From: Narcine bancroftii
Taxonomy: Eukaryota
Reading direction: 5' to 3'
Length of the DNA: 64,000 nucleotides
NCBI RefSeq assembly: GCF_036971445.1
Contig: NC_091473.1
Span: 79,856,001-79,920,000 of the forward strand
Part shown: in pieces, positions 14,001 through 26,000 of the stretch
How the letters are laid out: each line of letters begins with the position of its first letter
Position numbering within the stretch: position 1 is the stretch's first letter
Made by a program: the position numbers and the translations under genes
The notes under the pieces: generated by a model
Told to the model about the DNA's origin: nothing
The model's database searches: none
Seen by the model: only the letters and a program-made list of their open reading frames with translations

Positions 14001-17000
14001 GGTGCACCTCTGTCTCGGTGGCCAGTGGAGAGCTCGCCATAGAACACGATCTTGGGAAGGCGATAACAGGCTTTAATTATCTTAAATTTGGACACACCAG
14101 GTCTCAGTACACTCCTGGCTCCACGTATCTGACTGTCCCCCGAAGGGGGCGGCTCGAGTCTTTATAAGGGCCAGTGATTGACAGCAGGCAGGTAGGACTA
14201 GTCTCCCAGGTTACCTACCTGCAGGTACAGTGGTTGCCCCCTGCAGTAGGCTGGCAGGAATGCGGCTAGTGTAGTGGTTGTACCACAACAAGATGCTAAT
14301 CAATAGACCTAATAACACTGGACAATGAAGGTGTTGCTTCCTGAACACTTTTGGGTGTATTTTATGGATTTTGGGCTGCTGATCATGAAAATTGCTTTAA
14401 TACTTTTCCTAATGTATTATTTTTTAGATATAACTTATTTTTGTGAAAATATTTACCAAGGCATGCACTCAGTGCAGGTGCTTTTCAAGCATTGACTTAG
14501 GCCTGGACATGCTTTGTCAGGATAGATGCAGAAAAGCAATAAAACCAGCTCACATATACAGATACTATGCATTATGGTGATATGGATTCAATGCCTGTTG
14601 ATGCATACTGTTATATTCTTCATATAATAGCATAGTGAGTGTACTTAACAATAGCATGTATTGTCTTCAGAAAGATTCAATACTGCACAGCAGAAATGTC
14701 TTGTCAATGTTGCAACAACTGTGATACTTTCTGCTACATTTGTGGTGAGTATACGCTTAATGAGTTCTATTTTGATTGAAAAATTAGTGACCAAGGCAAA
14801 CCCTGGGCTCCTCACGTTTGTTGCACAACATGCGCAGTCATTGTGAGAACTTGACTCATCATTATGTGATTAAACATATTAAATTCAATAAAAGTTAATT
14901 TAATATTTCTTCAACTTTTCCTACATGATACAGTAAAACCTGAAATTATCTTTGTGTTCAGCTTGAAGTTGCTTGTCAGAATTTAGGGACTTTTACTTGT
15001 GCACTTTATTGATTTTTTTGGGGTCTCCCTGTATTGCAGTCAGTTTGTTTACATTTGGTAGCTGTTTACAGTTCTTTTGATTGTTTACGTGTTCTCGCTG
15101 TGTACAGTTTATTTTTTGCACTACCAATTAGTGGGAATTCTGCCACACCCACAGGAAAAAGGAATCTCAAGGATGTATATGAATGTCATGTATGTATTCT
15201 AACAATAAATCTGAAATCTGAATCCATATTTTTCAGGAAGCAAAGCTTTTGAAAAAAATTGTTGACCAGTGTGATTGCTTATGCACTCTTTCATTTCTAT
15301 TGACTAATTTGAAATCTTTGTATATAAAGGCACAATTCAGATTCAAAATCTTGTTGTTTATGCATTTAAGTTTAAAACTATGATTATTCCCTTCCACAGT
15401 CCCTTGTATCCCACAGAATGTGGTAGCTCACATCAACTGTGAAAATAACACTGTGTCAGTGTTTTGGGATCCCAGTAATGGCTCAGAGTCATACCAAATA
15501 ACTGCACAAGGAACCAATGGCCATTGGGCCTCCTGCCAAACAACAGGCACTGAATGTGAGATCTCTGACGTGTATTGTGGACTGAACTATTATATAATTG
15601 TGCAGGGAATCCACATGGAATGTAACAGCTCACAAAGCTCTGCGTTGACAGTTAAAACAGGTAATTCTGTGAAATATATAGATATTAAATTCATCAAGCA
15701 TTATTTTGAACGCTGTGTTTGATCATACTGTTACATGGCTCAATATTTGTGCAGTTGGTTCAATTTATCAATTTTTTTCTTGCAGTACCATGTGTCCCCC
15801 AGAATGTTGACGCTCACATCGACTGTGATGATGGACATATGTCAGTCTCCTGGGGGTTCAGTAAAGGAGCAATATCATACATTGCTACTGCAGAAGGAAG
15901 CAACATGCAGCAATGCAGCACCAATGATACACTGTGTGATATCACTGACCTGTATTGTGGAGAGTCCTACACTGTCACAGTCCTTGCGCACGATGACACG
16001 TGTGACACTGTTGAAAGCCCTTCCATCATAAGGAGAACAGGTAACTGTGGAAAAGTGCAACTTCCCTGAATCGTGAATTCAGGGAACAACAATGCTGAAT
16101 TCTGGACTGGACAAAACATTGTTCTCCTTGATGATTTTAGTAAATAAGCAACTCTCTAAGCTTACCATCCTTAATAAATATCCTTTTTTTTTTTCAGTTT
16201 CGTGCATCCCACAGAATCTGGATGTGCAGCTGGACTGTGACACAAACGATGCTTCAGTGCTGTGGAGCCACACGAGAGGTGCAGTGTCTTACTCTGCAAC
16301 AGCAGAAGGAAGTGATGGGCACACAGTGTCCTGTGAGACGTCCAAGAGAGAATGTCAGATAACTGAGCTACACTGTGGACAGATGTATCATTTAACTCTG
16401 ACAGCACTGGATGGAATGTGTGACAATTCACAAAGCCCTCTGTTTGTGTTCAACACTGGTAGGTCTTTCTACGTCTACATTTCTTTCAGATAATTCTAAA
16501 CTGCAGCAAAGTGATGTTCAAGTGCAAAACGTTTTTTTCATTATAGTGTATTAAAAACATATTCTAAAAGAAAAATATATTTAGGTTAGCTAGCATTTAA
16601 AGTAGATTCTCAATAACAATCTAACCTTTGCTCAAGTATCCTAATATCTCTTTCTGTTGTTTGAAAACATGGAACCACTGATAGGTGCAGTACAGGAACA
16701 GAATCTTCAGCTCACCGAGAGGGCACCACGCATGAGGCTAAATAAACTAATGTTACCTGCCTGCAGTTTGTCCTTATTCCTATATTCCATGCTGTTCATC
16801 TGTCAGTCTAATGCCGCTTAAAACATAGATTTTGTGCTTATTAAGTGCTTTGACATGTTTTTCTCAATAAAAAGTGTTTAAAAATGAACATTTTTATTTT
16901 TTGGAAGTGTATAGTGATAACTGTTCATTGGTTTCTACATTTTTTTAAAGTTTTTGCCAGGTTTGTCAATTCAACCAAGACTTCTTCATGTGAAAGTAAT

Positions 17001-20000
17001 TCCGCCTCCTTACTTAGCCACAGTTAGCTTGTGTTTCATATTTTGCAGCCCCTTGTGCACCTGAACACATTTCCACCCATCTGAATTGTGACACCAGGAG
17101 TACATCAGTGACCTGGGAGAAAGCTGATGGTGCTGTGTGGTACATTACAACAGCAGAAGGACAAGATGGGCATATTTCACTGTGTAACACAACAGGAACA
17201 AACTGTGATTTTATGGGCCTCCACTGCAGTCAAGTATATTTAATATCTGTGACAGCGATGGACAATGACTGTCAGAGTGTAAACATCTCCGTTTTAGAAA
17301 CTGAAACAGGTAAAACTCTGGCGAAGTTTGTGAGGAGTGAGAAATGTTAGTCCAGTGAAATAGTACGGTAGTTCGTCTTTCTGAAGATTGTGATCCAGGA
17401 AAGCTGCACTGGGTATTTGGAAGTTAATATTTGTGTTATTCATTCATATTTAATTCAGCAAAACATTTGAATGCACAAATCTTCAGGTTTCTGTGCAACT
17501 TCTGACATGATGGTCACCATAAATTTCTATTTGTAATGTAGAAGGTCTTTACCCTCTTCTTCCCTTTTGCTGTGAGACTATATCTCAAATTTTCAAAGCA
17601 AAATTTGAATTTATAGTGCACATTTATTCTTATATCTGTGAATGGAAAATGGATTACTACAGGGTTTCTCAGAATGTAGTTTACATTTGGCTGTTTTCCA
17701 ACTTTGATACTGAACAAAACTATTGAAAGTTTGCACTGCTATCATTAACTAATGACTCATTTGTCTTTCTTCTCCCCAAAAGCCCCTTGTCCCCCACAGA
17801 ACGTACAAGCTGATTGTGCCGCTGTCACTGCCTTTGTAACATGGGAGCCGAGTAATCTCACAGTGTGGTACACTGCAACAGCTGAGGGGAATGATGGGCA
17901 CACAGCCACCTGCACCACATCTGAAACAAGCTGCCTCATCCCACATCTTCACTGCAGCCAAATATACAGCATCTCTGTACTCGCATTTGGTGAAACCTGC
18001 AGCAGCCTCCAAAGCTCCAGCTATGGTATTCAGACAGGTAAAGGGAACTTTTTATATACCATTCATCTCCTCAGGATATCTTAATGCATTTCATAATTAT
18101 ATGTTTATTACAGCTATTCATTAAAAAAAAATAACTGACAAAACCAACATTTATCAACTCTTACAAGTTTCACTTTGCAAGGTGCTGCTGAGGTGCCTTT
18201 CTGAACAATTGCCTTTTCTCTGGTGAAGGTATTCCCACAATATTGTTTGGTATTGAGTTCCAAGAGTTAGACTCAGCAAGAATATTTTCAAGTCAGGATA
18301 TTATATATCTTGGAGGGGAACTTGCAGATGTTGATACTCTACATTGCAGATGGTCCTCAGTACAGCCCTGTAGTAAATTCACAAGAGAGAAGTTTTGAGA
18401 TGATGAATGGAATGCCACTCAAACAGATTGCATTCTACTGGATGGCGTCAAGTTTCTTGGGTGTTGTATGTGTTGCAGGCAAGGAAAGAATGGTCCCCCA
18501 CTCTTGTCACATGTGTACTCTGGATGGTGATTGCCAGCTATAAGATAGCTAGCTTAAAATTTCTCTTATAACCGCAATTATGTGGCTATAAGTTTCTGGT
18601 CTGTGGTGACCTAAAAGTATTGGTGGTTTTCTTCTTGGAGATGGTAATGTCATTGATTGATATGGGAAAGTGAATAGATTATCTCTTTTTAGAGATGGTC
18701 AAAGTCTTGCACTTCTATATTGCATGCATTAATTACTATTTACCAGCCTATGACTGAAAATTTTCAAGGTTTACTGCATACAGTTGTACACGATTCCATT
18801 TTCTGAGCGATTCAAATGGAATTGAACATTGTGCATTCATAAGCAAATATTTCATTTCTAATCTGATGTTGGATGGGTGGTTATTGAGGAAGCCTATGAA
18901 AATGGCGAAGACCAGAGACCTAGACCTCTGTCCTGAGATCCTGCAGCAAAGCACTGGAGGGTTGTGGGGACTTCTATCAGTCACAACCTCCTGTGTGTGA
19001 AATACAATTCCAGGCAATATAAATTTTTCTCTTGATTCCCAATGAATTAAATTTCAGGAACAATTAAAACCATTATTCTTAAGCATTTTGCTGCATTTAA
19101 TCATTTCAAAGTTTAGTGATTGTAGATCACAAGTAAATGGACTGCAAAATTACACATGGCATAATATCATACACCAAAACTATGTCAACACATTTACTAT
19201 TTTCAGTTATCAACTGAGAGAGCAGTGATTATTTGGATCACATTTGTCCTGCTTTTTGTCCACTTGATAGATCAGAGGAAATTTTGTTCACCGTTGGGAA
19301 GAGTCCATTGTTATCATTCTGCTAGATCAAATTGGCCATTCATGCATTGAGTTCTGGTGCATGTGTTCTACTCCCGGGCTCTGGTGTTGTCAATCCCTTG
19401 CCAATTCTGGTATCCAGTATTCTCAGCCATTATATGACATCATGCAGTATAAATTCAAAATGTGCCAAAGGTTAATCTCAGTGTATTTTCAGAGGAAGTT
19501 GAGATGGATGATCACATGCCAGAATCAAAATCAGAATTTATTGTCATCAACAAGTCATGAAATTCAGTTTTTTTTTTGTGGCAGCGTCATAGTGCAAACT
19601 TTCATATTATAACCATCTTATAGCATTACTATAAATAAAAAAAATTAAAATAGTAGTGCACGAAAAGTAAGGCAGGATCTTTGGTTCAATTATTATTCAG
19701 GAATCTGATGTCACCTCTTTCTAATAATGGTTGATAAGCTGCAGATATGCTACTCTGAGATTGAAATTCCTTCATCATTCAGGACTGGGTGTGATTGCGG
19801 TCGAGCTTTGATTACATCAGCTGGTGGTAAGATTAGTTCATCCACCAATAGTATGCTTCCACCACCCTTTCAGAGATGCAAGATCTTTTGTAATTTTATC
19901 ATAGGTGCCACCTGATGGTTTTCATGACATGTTCCATTCACTGGACAGGTTCTCCCTCAGGAAAAGGTCTACGAACTTACAGATTCTAGTGACTCAGAGC

Positions 20001-23000
20001 ACCTCATTGAGGTGAATTCATCCTATATAATGCTATAAAAATGGCACAGATTATGACAATTGAATATTGAACTTTATTTCCCCAAACACCTTGTGATTGA
20101 ACTACCAATATTTTCAGGGGTAGAGGTATCTGCATCAGAAAAACTGTTGAGTATGAAGTCAAATAGTTTATCACTCAGGTTAGTGGCCTTGCATCTTCTC
20201 CAATCCCAGTTTTGTAGAAGTGACCTTCAGGTCAAAGCCATTGTAGATGAAGGCACAAATAATACATTCCTACCTAAGTGCTTCTTTCATACATGCTCAA
20301 TGTGGTAAGATGCTGATCTATGATTTGGGAAAGAGCCATGAATGGTAATTATCAAGGTATGATCCAGCATCATGAGACCTCATGGACATCGATCTGGCCA
20401 ACTCCTCACTGGAAATACACTCAATCCTGCCACCTCTAGTGGATTTGCTTAACTATGGAATAGCACAACCTTTAAGGTATGAGTCTGCTTCATTTGACAC
20501 CCAAGATGTTTGTGAGAAGAATTTTCCAGGGTCATTGGGCTGGATATACTTTTGTCATATTCAAACCTGGTGCCTCCTTTTATCTGATTTTCTTCTTATC
20601 ATGTTTTGACAAAGCAGTTTGATATAAGAGTTTGCTGGAGTCATCAATTTTGAAGCCAAATATAGTCCAGATTGCATAAAGGCAACAGACTTTCCTCCTA
20701 AAAACATGTCCATGAACCACGTGGATTTTTACCATATTCTTGATGTCTCATATCACAAATAGTGATGGTAACTTATTAATTCCAGATCTTTTAATTGAAT
20801 CATTTAAATTTCCAGCTGCCACAGTGAGAGCCATGTTAATTAAAAGGTCTGTTAATTAACTACAACTGTGAATATCTATTTATCTATCCCTTTATATTTA
20901 TTATCTTTCTTGGTATATTGTGGAATTTAATTTATATTTTTGTAGTCAGTGAATCTTTTGTACCTGTTTGGTTGCAGTAAGAATTTTGGTTCATTTGTGT
21001 GGTATACTGTGTAATATCAATAAACTTTCAACATTCAAGATTTTAAAAGGGACAGAGAGAGTCAATGTGGATAGGCTTTTTCAATTAAGAGTGGGGGATA
21101 TTCAAACCAGAGGCCATGGTTTGAGATTGCAGGGGGGAAATTATAAGGGGAACATGAGGGGAAATTTCTTCACGCAAAGGGTGGTTGGGATGTGGAATAA
21201 GCTTCCGGCAGAGGTGGTTGAAGCAAGGACGTTATTTACATTTAAAGAAAGACTGGATGATTACATGGAGGGGAGAGGATTGGAGGGGTATGGACCAGGT
21301 GCTGGTCAGTGGGACTAGGAGGGTGGGGATTTGTTCCAGTATGAACTACTAGGGCCAAACTGGCCTGTTCTGTGCTGTATATGGTTAAATATGATATATA
21401 AAAGTCACAGATTTATCATGTTCACTTATGTTCTTATAAAACACTGGTGAAGGCGATTTCTCTACAAGATTTTTTTTCACATGAAGTTAATGCATTTTAA
21501 TGTTAATCTTTTGTTTTATAGCACCATGTGCCCCAGATGAAATCATTACCAATGTTGATTGTAAATCCAATAGAGTGGTGGTATATTGGGGAAGAACTGA
21601 TGTAGCAGCCTCATATGGTGTAACTGCAGAAGGAAGTGATGGACATATACACTCAAACAACACAATAGAGACACGCTATGAAATGCCAGATTTACACTGT
21701 GGACAATCTTATAACATAACTGTTACAACACTCAGTTATGATCGGAATAGTATTTCAAGTGCTTCTGTACAAGTTCAAACTGGTAATGCAGCTAATCTTT
21801 TAGTAACATCTAACAATAAATTATTTTCTATTATTGTGCATGCTTGCAGTAAGAAAAACTTAATTTATTTTTATTTTCTAAATATCACCATGTATTCTTG
21901 TGAGTCGGGTTGTGACTCAAATGTAATATCTTCATCGTGGGATGACTCTGATGGAACAAAATTTTACACTGTGTAAAGAGCCATGGATTTATTCAACTTA
22001 AGGGTACAAGAGCTCAAATCCAAAACCCGCAGTGTAGTGAAAATTACAGATTTTCTGATTAGGTAAAACAGATAACATCCAGGTGTCTTTCTTTTTTTTG
22101 CTTATTCCTTGAAGAAAGCCTCAAGCCCAAAATGTCGGTAATATATCTTTACCCTTTATGGACACTGCGAGACTGGCTGAGTTCCTCCAGCATTTCTGTG
22201 TGTTTTAATTGCAATCACCGCATTTGTAGTTCAAAACAGATAACATCGACATCAGACCCGAGGGTGCAAAGGAAATGTTGATGTAGGCATCACCCATTTC
22301 TGTAAAACATTTTAGAACAGCTTAGCATATAAAGTCATGTATTTTACAGGTAGCATCAAACAGCAAATGTTCCATTAAAAATAAAAGCACCATGTTGAAA
22401 AAAAAATCAACAGATCAAACAGTGTATTTATGTAGCAAAGATAAAGATACACAACCAATGTTTTGGGCCTGAGCCTTTCATCAGGATATCACGGATATAA
22501 GTAGTGAGGGATTGGATCAGGGAGAAAATAGGAGTCGAGTTAAGATGATACTAGTTCAGTGGGGCAGGAGCATGCAGAAACAATAGGTTTCCTCGCATGT
22601 CCTCCATCTCTTCAATGACTTCCAATTCCCTGAAAATGACCACCTCATTTTCACTATGGAGGTCAATTTCTTTACATCATTCCTCCCCATCTCTCATACA
22701 GAAGATTTCAAAGCCCTTTGTATCTTTCTTGACAAATGACCTAAGCAGTCCCTCTCCACCACCACCCTCCTCTGCCTGGCAGAACTTGTTCTGACTCTCA
22801 ATAACTTCTCCTTTGACTCATCCCACTTTCTCCAAATCAAAGGAGTAGCCATGGGTACCCACATGGATCCCAGCTCTGCCTGCTATTTGTTGGCTTCGTG
22901 GAGCAATCCATGCTGCAAGCCTACATAGGCAAGGCTCCTCAACTCCTCCTCCATTACATTAACAACTACATTAGTGCTGCCTCATGCACCTGTATTGAGC

Positions 23001-26000
23001 TCATTGACTATTTATTTTGCTGCTAACTTTCACCTTGACCTCATGTTTACTTGGTCAATCTCCAGTGACATTTCCCCTTTCTGAGATTTCTGTCTCCAAC
23101 TCTGGAGACAACCTTTCTGCAGACATTTTTTACAAATGACTAATTCCCACTACATTTCTTCACACCCAATCCCTTGCTAATATTCTATTCCTTCCTCTCA
23201 ATTTCTCTGTCTCTGTTGTATCTTCACACAGGATGAAGTCTTCATATCTAGATCATCTGAAATGTCCTCCTTCTTCCATAAACGTGGCTTCCCCTTCATC
23301 TGCCCTAGCCCCATCTGCCCCAAAACACAACAAAAACAGATTCCCCTTGTCCTCACCTACCATCCCACCAGCCCCCACATCCAATACATTGTCCTCCACA
23401 ATTTCTATCACCTACAACATGATCCAACCACCAGACACATTTTCCCCTCGCCTCCCCTCTCTGCCTTCCCTTGGGATCACTCCTTCCATGAATCTCTTGT
23501 TTCATTCATCCCTTCCCACCAATTCCCCCCCTTGGCACCTTCTAGTGTGACTGCAGAAAGTGCCACACTTGCACGCACACCTCCTCCCTCACTACAGTTT
23601 TAGGCCCCAATCAGTCCTTCCAAGTGAAGCAACACTTCACTTGTGAATCTGTGGAAGTCATCTACTGCATATGGTGCTCCAATTGTAGCCTTCTCTACAT
23701 CAGAGGAACTGGATGCAGACTGGGAGATCACTTCACTGGGCACATTTGTTCTGTCTGCATCAATTACAGGGATCTCCCAGTGACCATTTCAATTTTGTAC
23801 TCAACTCCCAAGTTGACATGTCTGTCCATGGCCCCATGTACTGTCAAACCAAGGCCACATGTAAATAGAAGGAGGATTACCATCGACTTCTCCAGTCCTG
23901 CTAGCCCACTCCCCATTCTCGCCCTCTTCCCATCCCTGTCTTCTTTCCTCCAGCTCTCAACCTCCTTCCCTCTCCATTCACAGAGCCATCCGCCCCTCCC
24001 CATTTGCTGTGGTTCCCTCCCTCCCTCATCCACCTATTACCTCTTGCCTGTGGGATAGTGCTCCTCCCCCTACCCCTCCCTCCACCCACCATTTTGTTTG
24101 GACGCTTGCCTACATTTTGCTCATACTTTAATTATGGGCTCAAGCCCAAAACATTGGTTATGTATCTTTGTCTTTGCTATATAAGGTAAAATTGTGTTTT
24201 TACTTCAATCTCAGAATCTCTAGACATTTGTGTTTTACTTCAGTAAATGTTCTATCTTATTATTTTGTTGTGCTTTTGTTGAAGTATCTCAAAGTTCATT
24301 TGTTGAACTTTCACAGACATAATTCAATTTCACAGACCTAATTCTTATTTTTATTTTTTGATGCTTCTGGTCTGGAATGCCAGCAGTAGGAAAACATTTT
24401 TAACCACCTTGATTCAAAATTTTCTCCATGGTACAGAAAATGCAGTTTGTGGTAAACAAATTACATTTCAAAAGGTTTGCTTCCTGAAAAATATGGATTC
24501 AGATTTCAGATTTATTGTTAGAATACATACATGACATTCATATACAACCTTGAGATTCCTTTTTCCTGTGGGTGTGGCAGAATTCCCACTAATTGGTAGT
24601 TCTTGTGGATAGCTTTAGGGATTTGGAAGAAGGAAAGAAGAGAATAGAAACAAAAAGGGACCTAAAGCTGTCATATCCGATAGACTAGTTTCTTGAATGG
24701 TTTGTCCAATAGCTAAAACTCAGCAATACATAATTACAGGAGAGGAGGAGGTTCATCTGGATATTGAGTGTGAAGGAGGTACATGAAGCTTGTCTCAGTT
24801 TATACATTTGTGGGTTGAACAGTAGAATCACTGCTCTGCAATATATAAGCTGTCATAGGGAAATCAGTTTCACAAGAAACTAGTGCATCAATTTCTATTG
24901 ATCAGTGATGAAGAAATTTCAACATAAACTCCATCTCCGGAGACAAGCTTTTCACCAACATATACTACAAACCCTCCAACTCCCACAACTACCTTAACTA
25001 TACATCCTCATATTCTGTCCCCTTGCAAGGGTTCCGTCCCCTTCTCTCAATTTCTCTGTCTCTGCCACATCTGTTCCCAAGATGAGGCCTTCCAGTCCAG
25101 ATCTTCTGAAATGTCTGCCTTCTTATACAAACATGGCTTCCCCTCCACCACTATCAACTCAGACCTCACCCGTAACTCCTCCATTTCCTGGTTATCTGCC
25201 CTGGCCCCCTCTGTCCCCAGAAACAATAAACATGGAATCCCCCTCATTCTCACCTACCACCCTCTGCGTCTAACACATTATCCACCAGAATTTCTGGCAC
25301 TTACTACAGGATCCCACCACCAGAAACATTTTTCCTTCTCCTCCACTCTCAGACTTCCACAGGGATATCACCTCCTCTGTGATTACTTCATGCACTCATC
25401 CCTCCCCACTTATCCATCCCCTCCCCCCACCCCAGCACCTTCCACTGTGGCCGCAGGAGGTGCAAATCTTGCACCCAAATCTCCTCCCTCACCACAGTCC
25501 GGGGCCCCAAACAGGTCTTTCAAGGGAAGCAACACTTCACTTGTACATCCAGAGAACTTATCTACTGCATCCAGTGCTCCCTTTGTGGCATTCTCTACAT
25601 CAGAGAAACCAGTTGCATATTAGGAGGTCGTTTTGCTCAGTACCTCCTCTCTGTTCACAACCATAACGACCTCTCAGTGGCCAACCACTTCAATTCTGAG
25701 TCACACTCCCAAACTCACATGTTTGTCCATGGCCTTATGTACTATTTTACCCTGATCATCTGAAGATTGGAGGAACAGCACCATATTTTCCATTTAGGCA
25801 GTCTCCTACCAGATGGCATTTCTCTGCTCTCTGCTAAGCTTGCTCGCCTTTTCTTTCTCCATCCCCTTTTCTGTCTTTCCAGTTCTCCCTGTCCCCACCC
25901 AGCCATCCCTCCTCCGTCTCATTGCTGCTGGCCCCTCCCTCCTCTCTCCATCTATCATCTCCTGCCTTTTCCACCCCACCCCTCTATCTTTTTGTTTGGA

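Noticed and set aside
18170-20850. Possible ancient LINE remnant in the F2-G2 intron
   Set aside because: Too degenerate to assign family or boundaries by eye.
21500-21976. Extended 158-aa G2 ORF as a longer exon
   Set aside because: A canonical donor follows 21782; the extension is intron plus decayed H2 that happens to be open.
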